NCBI RefSeq assembly: GCF_009914755.1
Contig: NC_060925.1
Length of the DNA stretch: 64,000 nucleotides
Source: the human T2T-CHM13v2.0 reference genome, Homo sapiens
Strand: one strand, 5' to 3'
Both the position numbers and the translations under genes were made by a program. Positions 1 through 12,484 of this stretch are shown here, piece after piece. The stretch's first letter is position 1. Each line of letters begins with the position of its first letter. Below the pieces are notes generated by a model, which searched no databases, was not told where the DNA came from, and saw only the letters and a program-made list of their open reading frames with translations.

Positions 1-658
1 GATTTGTTGCATTATGCTAGAGCACCAGGGTCAGGGTGCAAGGAAGAGGCTTAAGTATGTTCATTTTTATCAGAATGCAAAAGCGAAAATTATGTCACTT
101 TAAGAAATAGCTACTGTTTGCAATGTCTTATTAAAAAACAACAAAAAAAGACAAATGGAACAAAGAAGCTGTGACCCCAGCAAGATGTCTAATATGTGAG
201 GAAATGAGATGTCCACCTAAAATTCATATGTGACAAAATTATCTCGACCTTACATAGGAGGAGAATACTTGAAGCAGTATGCTGCTGTGGTTAGAAGCAG
301 ATTTTATACTTTTAACTGGAAACTTTGGGGTTTGCATTTAGATCATTTAGCTGATGGCTAAATAGCAAAATTTATATTTAGAAGCAAAAAAAAAAAGCAT
401 AGAGATGTGTTTTATAAATAGGTTTATGTGTACTGGTTTGCATGTACCCACCCAAAATGATTATTTTTGTAGAATCTAAGTTAAACTTACTATTTATAAT
501 GCATAGGTAACCATTAACTATGTACATATAAAGTATAAATATGTTTATATTCTGTACATATGGTTTAGGTCACCAGATCCTAGTGTAGTTCTGAAACTAA
601 GACTAGATATTTTGTTTCTTTTGATTTCTCTTTATACTAAAGAATCCAGAGTTGCTAC

Positions 659-719
659 AATAAAATAAGGGGAATAATAAACTTGAGAGTGAATAACCAT
701 AGTATTCTGCTGCAATAAA
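659..719 (+). terminator. Proximal poly(A) signal cluster (three AATAAA)
   Basis: AATAAA at 659-664, 676-681 and 714-719, followed by GT/T-rich sequence. Confidence 0.65.
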
Positions 720-948
720 TGTTTCTACCCTCTTGCGATAGAATGGTGTCAGATGTCTAACATGTTTATAAACATTTTTTTGAATTGAACAGGTTATGAA
801 AAGGATTTATTAAAAGGTTAAGATACTTTGTTTTGAAAGTACATTGTGATTTGCAGCCACCTAGCACTAAAGCATAGAACTTAAACACGAATCCCTAAAT
901 GAACAGATTATGTTACATTAATCTGAGAATTTTAAATTTAGAAGCTAA

Positions 949-958
949 AATAAATAAA
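949..958 (+). terminator. Distal overlapping poly(A) signals
   Basis: AATAAATAAA at 949-958, followed by ...TCACAGCTGGTTGTAATCTTATGCTTT. Confidence 0.55.
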
Positions 959-1013
959 AATCACAGCTGGTTGTAATCTTATGCTTTCATATATCAGAAG
1001 TGTGCCTCTATGT

Positions 1014-1131
1014 AGAATATATATACATATGTGTGTGTATATACATATATATATGTATGTATATATATACATATGTATATATATATATATATATGTGTAT
1101 ATATATATATATATATACGTATATATATATA
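1014..1131. repeat. (TA)n/(TATG)n microsatellite
   Basis: Direct reading: long TA run with interspersed TG/CA. Confidence 0.95.
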
Positions 1132-1328
1132 GTCCTTCATAGAAAACATAAAGGTCACATTTAGATGACGTACACAGGATACTATTATATTAAGGATTTT
1201 AGAAAAGAAAATGAGAAAGCCCCTGTGTGATAATGAATGTCCACTGACCCCCGCAATGGAGCCTTACCTCCCATGGGTGGCTGCCCAGGAGTTGGTGGTT
1301 GAGGGGCTGGTAAAAATCAGTGCAAAAT

Positions 1329-1347
1329 CAGCGCCCTCTGATGAGCC
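1329..1347 (-). promoter_or_regulatory. Candidate CTCF motif
   Basis: Reverse complement GGCTCATCAGAGGGCGCTG vs CTCF consensus TGGCCACCAGGGGGCGCTA; the core CAGAGGGCGC is intact. Confidence 0.45.
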
Positions 1348-1451
1348 AGCCAAGCACTTTGATCGCGGGCCAGTCTCCTGACAGTGGGTCACTCGCTCAG
1401 TAACCTTCTACCTTCTGTACCATGTGCTGCCATGAGTAAATTATTACCAAC

Positions 1452-1705
1452 TGCAGGGCAAAGGGAAAGCATCCCCTTACCCTTCGGAAGATTTGCTGAA
1501 AAATCAACTCACAAAAAGGCAGATTAATGAGAAAAGGCATACACATTTATTAACTACCATGCACACAGAAAGAATTACAGAGTGATTGTCCAATATCTCA
1601 ATGGGGGTTCACATGCTTAAATATCTTACTGATTAGAGGACAGGGAGATGGAAAAATATAGGTGATTTTAGAGGGATAGTATATGATTTTTAGAGGAATC
1701 CAAGT
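1452..1705 (-). mobile_element. ERV1 LTR fragment, MER34/MER39 group
   Basis: AGGCAGATTAAT.GAGAAAAGGCATACACATTTATT block, homologous to 49964-50572 and 8302-8940. Confidence 0.6.
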
Positions 1706-3914
1706 GTGCTGCCCTGTAAGCATATTTCCTCCCTGCTGACCATGTCCCTGCAATAGAAGACTGCTGTCATGAGGCCAGATCATTGGTTAAGGGTAGAATA
1801 GAGAATCCTTGGAGAATAGAGGCATGCATCCTGCCATAACTGGATCTGCAACATTTCCGATGGTCACAAGCCTTGGTGTGGAGCAGAGTCCTGAGATGCT
1901 CATCAATATAAATCACAGAAGCTGGATTACACTTGGAGAGTGTTATTCTATTTTATGCAATGCAGGAAAAAATAATGGCTAGTTTGCTACAGCTGCTTGG
2001 CTCTAACATGAGAGGGAAGTTCAAAGTCCAGAAAATGAGGAAGTACGTGAAGAAAAACTTCTGAATCAGATGTGATTAATAAGTAATAGAGTGTAGTACT
2101 TAATTTTAGGAACTCGTTTGAATCCGCAGAGAACACATTAAACCTTAATGCCCTTCAGATTGTTGTTAATGTGAAGGGCAAAGTAGAAAAGTAGGAGCAA
2201 GTTTTGCCTCGGCCCCCACCCTAGCAGGCAGGAAAGTAAGGGAGGATGTCTTCCCCAGGGTTTCTTTTTGTCTTTGGCCGATGATGCTGCCCTTTGGTCC
2301 CCAGGGAGAAGCGAGCTTGGTCACCCAGGAGGAGCTCTGGGTCAGCCTCTCAGAGAACAGAAATTCGGCTTGCTGCAGGCATGACAAGGAGGTGGAAGAT
2401 GAACAGTGTAGCTAAGCCAGAACTGACCTTGGGAACCCTTTAGTTGGAGGCGAGAGAGTGGGAAGTTGGAGGTAAAAGTGACTACTAGAGAATTCTGGGT
2501 GATGAGTACAAGCTGAACTCACTTGCTTAGCTTGAGCCTTCAAGATTGAGTTCCTAAGATGCCTGCGGAATGCCCTCAGGGTAGAACAGCAGCAGAAAGC
2601 CTTATCATTCCAGGACATGGTCCTGTGCGTGAACTTAAATGTGACACGTGTCTGGTAGGGATGTTGATTTCAAAGTAGCAGATACACTCCACGTGAGGAG
2701 AGAACACAGAGTATCTCAGAGTGGGAGTTCCTAAGCTCTCAGAAATCCAAGGGAAGAGAGACCAAGGGGTGGGAGTAGTCTCTAAATGAATCATGTAAAA
2801 GATTCCCAGGACAGATAAAGTTTAGCCCAGATCACTCCATTTATGACACTGGTTTCTTTCTATAGTAGTCATGCCACCAAGATATTTTGAAAGTATTTGT
2901 TCAAAAGTTGAAGAAGACAAGTGGGAGAAAAAAGAAACATTTTCTGAAGACAGAAATTTGGTCTGACTTCAAAAAAAATCGAGTAATGTTTAGATTACTG
3001 ACATGGGGTCACTTTTTTTTTTACCTGAGAAAAAAATCACACTCATACTTTCTCCAAACCAGCTTTATGGGCCTTTTGGAAAATGAATGAGGAGATATTT
3101 ACAAATCTGGAGACCTCAAGATAACGGAAATAGGCAATGCAAAACCTTCTTAACTCTTTAAAGTACACTGACCTCTTACTAAAAACAGCTATTTGTTTCA
3201 AAGAAGAAAAGTTTTAAATTGGCAGAAGCACATGTTGGAGAATTAGAACAGTATTATCTGTCTCTTATTCAGAATTCAGTGAGAGCAGAGCCTCCTGATT
3301 GTCTGGCATAATACATTTATTTTGGTATTTGTTGTTGTTAAAGCCTCCATGCTGGGAAGAGCTGTGATAAATACTGATATCCTCAATTTAGGAAGGCAGT
3401 CCCTTTAGGATGTAGTTTCAGCAATGTATATATGGCAAATTTAGAAACAAAAGTTTCTTAGCAACTTATAGTTGAAATTGAAATGAGACAGTATACCATT
3501 TACTTTATTTGACTATGCCAAGTAACTTTTTAAATCTGTCTCTGTAGCATGTTTGAGATTTTCCTATTGTGACTTTTTTTTTTATTTTGCAAGGGTCTTA
3601 CATTGTGGAAATTTGGTGCATCAAAGCCTTTTGTGTGAGGCAAGATGTAAAATTGCTGAAGTCAATTTTCCTAACATCTCTCTTATCTAATATGTACTGT
3701 CAGGCAAACTCAGCTTTTTGGAGTGCAGTAAAGGACCCAGAAGTAAATAAAAATGCTTTTTAAAGTATTTTTCATGCCCTGGTAGGAAAGCACATTTAAA
3801 AAGAAGTAAGCCCTCTCTTTGCTTCACTCATGGCATACACATACTTACTTTGCACACAGTTCTAACAAAATTATTACTCTGTTTTTCCAACCCACAGAAA
3901 ATAAAGGAGAGAGT

Positions 3915-4291
3915 TGTATTAAAAGGCAAATTTAAGACAAATTAATTCAACAGAGTTTATTTGAAATTAAAGGATTCATGAACTGGACAGCATTCAAAGC
4001 CTGAAGAGGTTCAGAGAATTTCACTGTAGCAGCAAGAGGTGTGGGGTTTTATAGGCGGAACATGCAAGCAAAGCAAAGCAATTGCTTGATTGGCTACAGC
4101 TACGTATTTGTCTTAATTGAATATGATCTACTGGAAAATCCCTGGGCTTGTTGGTGGTTTCTGACTGGTAAAGGTTTTTTGTTTGTTTGTTTAACTGTTT
4201 ATGTTGAATTGGGCTTGGCTGGATTTGTTCACCTAGGAAACAAAGGGCTCTGAGGCCATCTCAGCCTAATGGCCTCTCAATTATTTTAACA
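3915..4291 (-). mobile_element. LTR37-type ERV1 solo LTR
   Basis: Reverse complement begins TGTTAAAATAATTGAGAGGCCATTAGGCTGAGATGG; TG...CA ends; CCAAT, TATA and AATAAA in LTR order on the - strand. Confidence 0.65.
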
Positions 4292-5178
4292 ATTGCTACC
4301 CAAATTTTGTGTCAACATAAATGACGTTACAATTTTTGGTGACACAATTAAAGAATTTAAAAGTCTCCATATGCAACTTGGCAATAATTACTGTGCAATC
4401 ACTTAGGCGGCCTTAAAATAGTAAGCAGTCTCTCAGTTTCTGTAAAAGCATCCACAGTACTTGCACCATTCCCTTAGCATCCTGTGGCACTCAGCATCTG
4501 CGTAGAACAGTCTGACCACTCTATTTTATACTGAGAAGGAGAAATGGTCACACCCTCTAGAGACATGACCACCTGTCTTACTGAAAGCAACTTTTGACTA
4601 AGTCTGGAGCCTCATGGCAGCTAACATGCTGCTCTCAAAGGGGGCGCCACAGTGTACTCAGAGCCACAAACCACACACAGGTGGCCTAGCAAATTTTTAC
4701 CAATGTGGAAAACCCACATTTTAAGCCAATGACAGAACATACTCGGGTCAGTATGATTACAAAGTATGAATACTTAACTTGCGGAAAAAAATGGATTTTC
4801 ATTATTTTCATAATGATTTCACTACTGTGATAAGATTTTCATTATTTTCATAATGAAATGTTATTAACACAATTTTCATGACAACATTAAATGATGTTTA
4901 CAGACATAAAGTAAGTGAATAGTATTTCCATGCAAAATGGTTAAAATTTGCTTTAAGATGTTTCCTTTTTAAGTGGTAATTCTCTTTGCTTAGAAAATTC
5001 CCTCAGGCTAAACATCTTATCTTCCACCATGAAGTAACTTGCTGTCTACATATGAAGATGACACTACTGCTAAAATCTTGCATAAATAAATGTCTATATT
5101 ATTTATTTTAGGTGAAGAATTTAGCTTAGTTTTGAGAGTCTTTTTCATCCTCTTGGTTTTATTATTTATATAAATGAC

Positions 5179-6018
5179 TGTAAGCCAAAAAGTATCTGAC
5201 ACAGGTTCAATCAATGCAGAAGTTTATTTTGTCAAGGTTAAGGACGTGCCTGTGACACAGCCTCAGGAGGTCCTGATGACATGTGTCCAAGGTGGTTGGG
5301 CTGCAGCTTGCTTTTATATGTTTTAGGGAGACATAAGACATCAACCAATACATGTAAGATATACATTCGTTTGGTCTGGAAAGGGAGGACAACTCAAGAT
5401 GGGCGGGCTCCCAGGTCATAGGTGAATTCAAAGATTTTTCTGATTGGTAATGAGTTGAAAGAGTTTATCTAAAGACCCAGAGTCAATAGGAGGGTGTGTT
5501 TGGTTTAAAATAAGGGGTGAAGGAGACCAAGGTTCTTATTTTGCAGATAAAGTCTCCAGGTAGCAGGCTTCCGAGAGAATAGCTTGTAAATGGTTTCCTA
5601 TTAGACTTAAAAAGATGCCAGACTTAGTTAATTCTCTCCTAGATCAGAAAAAATACCCAGAAAGAGAAGAGGATTCTCTATAAAATGTAGATTTTCCCCA
5701 CAAGAGACAGCTTTGCAGGGCCATTTCAAAATATATCAAAGAAATATATTTTGGGGTAAAGTATTTCTATTGCTTTCAGGGCCTTCTGTCATATCAGCAT
5801 CTTATTGCTACAAAGAGTCTGTTTTGTTAGACTTAAGGTCTCTGTTTGAATGTTCATGCTGGTCAGTTGTGTCTGAATTCCTTCCATGGAGGCATGTCCA
5901 CCCACTCATTTCCATCACAGCCTGAACTAGTGTTTCAGGTTAACTTTGGAATGCCCTTGGCTGAGAGGAGGGATCCATTTAGTGGTTAGGGGGCTTAGAA
6001 TTGTATCTTTGGTTTACA
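5179..6018 (-). mobile_element. MER4D-type ERV1 solo LTR
   Basis: Reverse complement begins TGTAAACCAAAGATACAATTCTAAGCCCCCTAACC; MER4 hallmark GACACAGCCTCAGGAGGTCCTGATGACATGTG on the + strand. Confidence 0.8.
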
Positions 6019-7022
6019 TTCCATGTGTAATTGCAAACATACATATTTTCACCCACATAACTCAGCATTTAATTTTCGCTTCTAAGCAATGACGAGACAC
6101 CCCGAGCCCATCGGCCACCAGATATTCAGACCTTCCAGTGAGCTCATGGGTGTTCAAAGACATCAGCCTAGTTGACCCCAAACTCCTGCCTTACTTTGTT
6201 CTTGCCCTGCGTAAACATCTTTGGTTTAAATTGCTGCATTCATTTGGGATAAGTGCCCTTTTTGATGTTCTCCCTTGCATAACGAAAGCTTTCCTCTAAG
6301 CGGTTGTTACCAACTTAGTACATGGTGTGATGCATTGCAAATTAGGACAGTGTGACCTTAAAAACTGGAACCAAGCCTATTCTCACCCATTCAGCAGTGA
6401 CCAAGCGAGATTTTAAAGGTCACTGTAATTTATGGCACATGCTAGAGCTGGCAGAACTCTATTAAAAAGTAAAATAATAGATTGCCTTTTTGTCACAGTC
6501 TATCATTTTTCCCTCAGATTTTGGGGAACTGAAAAGGAGATCAGGCTGCCCCAGGGACCCCTGTCTTGGGAGAGTGAAGCAGAGCCCAGGGCATGGGCAT
6601 AGCCAGACATTGACAGCACACATTTCTGTTGGTGACTCCCTCCAAAAGGGGCACTGGCTGGAGAAGGACGACAAGCACAGTGGGTCAATGTGGAAACCTA
6701 GCTGTGCCACCTGGAACACTTCTCCGGTCACTATGGAGGGTCTTAAAGAGACTAATCACTGCACTCACATTTGTTTTCTTTCCAGCTGATCATCTGTGTT
6801 ACTTACGTCTGTAGATTTCAAGGTTCCATGGCTATATCTAAGGTAAAAAGAGGAGAAGTATTTTATGAGTGTTACGCAGAATATCTGGCCGAGTGATTAT
6901 GAAATAGCTTTTCACCCAAGTTGTAAAATGAGAGCATCCTGTGTATTTATTTCCCTTCATACATAATATGTAAAAAGTCCAGTTGCAAGATGCCACTCAG
7001 ACCCAGTGAAATCCACTGAGAA

Positions 7023-7402
7023 TGGCAAGACCCCATCTTTACGAACAATATTAAAAATAGCTGGCTGTGGTGGTGCACACTCAGGAGGCTGAGGTGGGAG
7101 GACCACTTGAACCCAGAAGGTCAAGTCTACAGTGAGCCGTAATGGTGCCCCTGCACTCTAGCCTGAGCAACAGGGCAAGACTTTGTCTCAAACAACAATA
7201 AAATAACCCCATAAATTAAAAAAAATTGACCCAGCATAGTTACATGTACAGGTAGTCCCAACTAATTGGGAGGCTGAGACAGGAAGATCGCGTAAGCCCA
7301 GGAATTCAAGGTGGAAATGAGCTATGATCATGCCATTGCACTCCAGCCTGGACAACAAAGCAAGACCCCGTCTCTGAAAAAAAAATAATTAAAACAAACA
7401 AC
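7023..7402 (+). mobile_element. 5'-truncated old Alu (J-type) followed by a second right-arm monomer (FRAM-like)
   Basis: Two Alu right arms, each ending ...GTCTC/A-rich; the pair is flanked by CCACTGAGAA (7013-7022 and 7403-7412). Confidence 0.8.
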
Positions 7403-8301
7403 CCACTGAGAAGAGATGGATGTGAATATGATTTTCCTGACAATTATACCTGTGAACCAAGGAAAAAGAAAAAGATGCAATCAATGAGGCTAGAGAAAGA
7501 ATGTAGAGTTCATTGAATAAGTGAACACTTTTTAAGGAACATTCTAAAAAATTCAATTTAAGCTACTACATTCATTTAAAAGCCTGGGCTTATTAAATTT
7601 TTTTAATTCTAAGCAATGACTAAAAATCAGTATTCTGAGACAACTATAAATAACAGTGAATCATTATCTTTATGGGTAAATAGAATCTCTGTGCAAACAA
7701 TTCAATGTAATATTACACCATTTGCACACTTAAGTTATGGGCTGTCGCTCCCAGTTCCTTTGCATGTGGCTATATATTTCCAGACCTCTCAGATCAGCCA
7801 TGGAGCCCCTAGTCAGCTGGTGGAGGCCGTGAAGGGGTCCGCGTTAAGCGCTATACCCCCATCTGTTCTACGACAATGGAATTAAATGGTTTCTAAAGGG
7901 AGCTTAGTTCTTCTGGAAACAGGTAAATCTAAGCGTTGTCTAAAAGTGTTAGAGCTCAAGTGTTAAAAGAAGGGAGCTTTTCTGGGGGCAGATTGTAATA
8001 ATGAATGCGAAGCAATCAGTTTGCTAACTGGTGCTTAGCAAACACTTTTCACAATTGTTAGCTGCTACTATTAAAACCAATTTTAGTCATTTTTCTAAAA
8101 CACAAAATGATACCCGCTGCTGTGGAAGTGAAATGTGGCACAGATCTTCAAGGAAATTGCCCGTTTTTTATTTGGAGTATAAACACACACCAATTAGCAA
8201 CACAGGGTCATGAAATTCCAGTGCTAGTTGGTGTCCTGCAAGGAGTCAGCGAAACAATAAACTCAAGGGAGGGGGAGGTCCCTGGGGGTTCCGGTGGATA
8301 A

Positions 8302-8940
8302 TGTCAAGGCCAAAGGAAAACTTCTTCTCTTTCCGAAGGTTTGTGGAAAATCAGCTGATAAAAGCAGCTTAATAGAAGAAAAGCATACAAAATTATTCGA
8401 TCATAGTTTTATGTGACACAGGAGCCTTCAGAATGGGGACCCAAAGAGACAGGTAAAATTGTCAGTTCTTATGCTTTAGTTCAACGAAGTATGGATGGCT
8501 GTATAGAAATATAATTGGACCAAAAGGGAATGATCGAATGCTAGTAGACTAAGAGGGGAAACCCAGCAAGACCTGTCTGTTTAGATTCTTCTCAGCCTCT
8601 CTGAGCACGCATTCCTTCCTTGTGGGTGTGAGGCAGCGCCCTCCCTGGAATGGAGGTCTTATGACCTACAATTAAATGAGATAGGTCAGGAAATTTATTT
8701 ATGTCCAGTTTTTACACAGAAAGACTGGAGGGGGACACTAAGTCATATTTTTCGGTTTTATGGCTGGCTGTGGGGAAAAGGAGTTCCGGTTTCTATGACC
8801 TGCCTTGGAGAAGAGGGATTCTAGTTTCTATGGGTAGCCTTGGGGGAGTTGGGATTGAGAGACAGGAGGGTAGAAGAAGGTCAGAGAATAACTTTTGCTT
8901 CTGAGGCCTTCATTTGGGGTATTGTTTTCTGATTCCAACA
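8302..8940 (-). mobile_element. MER39/MER39B ERV1 solo LTR
   Basis: Reverse complement begins TGTTGGAATCAGAAAACAATACCCCAAATGAAGGCCTCAGAAGCAAAAG; TG...CA ends. Confidence 0.75.
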
Positions 8941-9099
8941 TTAGGAAAGGTTTTGCGGGACACCTGGTCCTTGGAGATTGAGAGTGAGGGCATTTGAGGA
9001 GGCCAGTACAAGCCAAAGTGAAGGCCCCAGCCAGGCAGCAGTAGAATGGTTACTTGGGATACAGCATAGTGGCCCAAGGTGGAGACGCCACCACCAGGC

Positions 9100-9245
9100 A
9101 CACCTGTGCCAGTCTCCAGATGTGGCACCCTGGGCAAGCCTCTCAACCTCAGCTTCCTCACCTACTAGCCACCCCCTTGGGGGATATAAAGATCATAGTG
9201 ACTTCTTGGAAAGCGCTTAGCACAGTGCCTGGTCCATTATGTATC
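9100..9245 (+). mobile_element. MIR SINE fragment
   Basis: CCTGGGCAAG...CTCAGCTTCCTCACCT core and the AAAGCGCTTAGCACAGTGCCTGG 3' motif. Confidence 0.65.
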
Positions 9246-9885
9246 ATAATACAATTTAATTGCCAGTGTTATCGAATGACCATTCTGAATTTTTTCATTC
9301 AGCCTGTTTATTAAATAATAATATTGGCAACTAAAGTATGTTGAGGAGTAGTGACAGCTCGCATCAGTTCAGGAGAGTGAGAGATGGGGGCTTTTGAAGA
9401 CTTGACGGAAGTTCCTGAGTACTTTGACCTGAGGATTGACCTGAGTCCGGAGTGCAGTCAAGTGAGACTGTCATTAGTGTGTAGAAAATGAATATGGAAG
9501 GCATGGTGTTAGGAAGGCTGGCCCACCCAGTGATGCACAGGCTGGATCATTGAGCGGGGTACTGGAGCTGGCAAATACAGCTGGGACGCAGTTCTAGTAA
9601 TGAAAGTCCGAAAGGGAAGCAAAGAAGAGCAGATAGAAGGGGGAAATAATGCTGAGGGCAGTTTTAACGCATAATTAACATGTCTTCCTAACCCGTAATG
9701 ATTATGATGCAGAAACATACTGAAGTTTCCAACCTGAAACTAAGATAATGGTGCTTTAACAAAAAATGTAGGGAAGGGAAGGGAAGTTTGTTTCATGGTA
9801 ATGTTGGGTTTGGTATAATGGAAACTTTCACACAGATTAAATTAGATTACCTGGGCTAAATACCTATCACAATGCCTGACCTGAC

Positions 9886-10016
9886 TTTTTTCTTTTTTCC
9901 AGTGATGGGATCTTGCTATGTTGCCCAGGCTGGCTTTGAACTCCTGGGCTCAAGGGATCCTCCTGCTTCAGCCTCCCAAGTAGTGGAAGCACAGGCATGC
10001 ACCGCTAGGCCTGGCT
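9886..10016 (-). mobile_element. FLAM (free left Alu monomer)
   Basis: T-tract plus Alu left-arm sequence; TSD ACAATGCCTGAC / ACAATGTCTGAC (9869-9880, 10017-10028). Confidence 0.85.
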
Positions 10017-10351
10017 ACAATGTCTGACATTTGGAAGGAAGATATTAAGACTCAGAAAATGGTCAAAGTGTCAACTGCTGAAAAATGTCCAAATAGGTTG
10101 ATGCAAAGGACATTGGATTTAACTACAAGGTGGACTTGGTGACTTCTGATAGCAGAATTTGAATGAAAAGACTAGGAGAGTCTGTGTAGATACCCAAATT
10201 GAAGGGATAGTGACCGTAATAATTGCCTACAAGATAATAGTGCTGATAAACATTTCAAATAGTATAATTTAATGCTTACCTGTACTTTCTGAAATTTTTA
10301 GCAATAATTCAAACATTGTGTTTGTGTCCTGCATAAAATTCCGGTTTACCC

Positions 10352-10352
<1 letters not shown>

Positions 10353-10381
<29 letters not shown>
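10353..10381. repeat. (CA)n microsatellite
   Basis: Direct reading. Confidence 0.95.
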
Positions 10382-10383
<2 letters not shown>

Positions 10384-11211
10384 TGTAACATCTAATACCA
10401 TTCTATTTTATTCTTATGTGGTTATGGTGTTAATTTCAGAAGGCTTATTTGGTAAAATGTTCTCAGCTACTTACAGAACCAATTGCATCTACAGATATTT
10501 TATAATAATGCATTATGCAACATATTTTATTTTTATTTCACCTCATTTAACCAGTGAAGGTGATTTGTCAAATGTATCCATTTCCAAAATTATTTGTCTA
10601 TCCAAGACACCCTGCAGACTGAGCATTTGACACGAGATGCCCTTGATATGAGTTCAGACTATAGAGGTCACCCCCAGGGCCTGCAGTGAGAGCTAGCTCT
10701 TCAGTCCTTGAGGTGAAACCTGATCAGAGTGAAGATCACTTTAAAAATCAGTTATCCCAAGGGAAAGATTTCCCCACATAATTCTAAAACATTTCTTTAT
10801 GCCCCATCAGGATTTAAATGCTGTAGTTTATGAGCTGTATTTCCAGGTAATAACAAACAAGCCGCCAACTCGGAATTTATTTGAACTGGCTCTTGCTGCA
10901 TACTGATAATTAGTGCTCACAAGTGATCCTGGGACCACGCAGAAGATGGCAGTACCTTCTGAAGCATCAAAGAAAGATATCCAGTAGAGTTATAGTCTTG
11001 CAGGGACCTCAGTGCACACTGATTCTTTGATAATGAATAGTTTGGCTTACTCTGCTAATTGCATACACTATTCCTTAGCCACGTCTACATAAAATAATGT
11101 ACAAATATGTACTCGTGAACATTCCTTAAAGTTGCCTAATAGCGCTTAAGAACTGCAATGTCTCTGATTTTTCTTTCTTTTATTGGATATCTGTGGGAAC
11201 ATTGCTATGAG

Positions 11212-11388
11212 AGCCTGGGAGGAAAGAGCCAGCATTATAATTACAGGAAAGCAGAGGGTTTTGTATTTTTATACTATCATATCCAAAGAATTTGTTTTGT
11301 TTTTAAGGTAAGGAAAAAAGAGAGGGACATTCTCTGTTCTTTAACATAAATTTACGTCTCCAATAGCCCTTCTGTCTTGCACCTCTCT
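11212..11388 (+). repeat. Copy A of a ~180-bp diverged local duplication
   Basis: Aligns by eye (~85%) to 19624-19804. Confidence 0.85.
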
Positions 11389-11888
11389 AAAATGAAGGCA
11401 GTGTGTTTTCATCCGCAGATATGCCCAGAACTCAGGAGATTTCCACCTGCTCTGTCAATAATACTAGGTCTGTGTGCTCAGTGATGCCAGACTGGCTGCC
11501 TATGTCTTCATTAGTTTAATTTATTCTTCCTTAGAATGGAACAAATACCAATAATCTCTGAATTCATCGGGACAACATTGAACAAAATTAATTAAGTAGC
11601 CATTTTAGATATATTCATAAAGATTGAGAAGGGATAGAAAAACAATTTTTTTTTGGTGAAGGAGAGAGATGAAGGAGATTATTGAAGGGCTACTGCATTT
11701 AGGAAGTACAGAAGTACAGCATGCAATGAGCTACGTGGAGGGAAAAAGGGGCTATTTTTATTTTCATTGTTTTGATTTTTAGTGTAAGAATGAAATGTGC
11801 CAGTGAAGTAAAAAATCATAGTTGCCAGGAAAACCAAGTTCTCTGTGTTTCATATTTTGTCTTAGAATCTTATATTGGGAGTGATTAC

Positions 11889-12322
11889 TTTCATGTGCGT
11901 CCGTGTGAAGAGACCACCAAACAGGCTTTGTGTGAGCAATAAAGCTGTTTATTTCACCTGGGTGCAGGTGGGCTGAGTCTGAAAAGAGAGTCAGCGAAGG
12001 GAGATAGAGGTGGGGCCGTTTTATAGGATTTGGGAAGGTAATGGAAAATTACAGTCAAAGGGGGTTGTTCTCTGGTGGGCAGGGGCGGGGGTCACAAGGT
12101 GCTCAGTGGGGGAGCTTCTGAGCCAGGAGAAGGAAATTCACAGGGTTAATCACTCAGTTAAGGTGGGGCAGGAACAAATCACAATGGTGGAATGTCATCA
12201 GTTAAGGCGGGGCAGGGCCTTTTCACTTCTTTTGTGATTCTTCAGTTACTTCAGGCCATCTGGGCGTATATGTGCAAGTCACAGGGGATGCGATGGCTTG
12301 GCTTGGGCTCAGAGGCCTGACA
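11889..12322 (-). mobile_element. HERV-H 3' LTR (LTR7)
   Basis: Reverse complement TGTCAGGCCTCTGAGCCCAAGC...GGACGCACATGAAA; preceded on the - strand by PPT AGAAGGCAGGAA (12323-12334); AATAAA on the - strand at 11948-11953. Confidence 0.97.
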
Positions 12323-12484
12323 TTCCTGCCTTCTTATATTAATAAGAAAAATAAAACAAAATAGTGTTGAAGTGTTGGGGCGGCGAAAATTTTTGGGGGG
12401 TGGTATGGAGAGAGAATGGGCGATGTTTCTCAGGGCTGCTTCAAGCGGGATTAGGGGCGGCGTGGGAACCTAGAGTGGGAGAGA

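Larger units (their letters stand above)
1..975 (+). other. KCNK1: 3' UTR of the terminal exon, probably KCNK1 (TWIK-1 two-pore K+ channel); the stop codon lies just upstream of the window
   Basis: AT-rich, repeat-free sequence with clustered AATAAA signals and UGUACAUA motifs. The opening GATTTGTTGCATTATGCTAGAGCACCAGGGTCAGGG matches my recollection of the sequence just after the KCNK1 stop codon. Not database-verified. Confidence 0.75.

Noticed and set aside
4794-4856. 23-bp direct repeat GATTTTCATTATTTTCATAATGA at 40-bp spacing
   Set aside because: Ordinary slippage duplication in AT-rich, probably DNA-transposon-derived sequence; only two copies.
12010-12237. Near-identical 75-aa ORFs at 12010 and 17334
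   Set aside because: Antisense frames of the two LTR copies, not a gene duplication.
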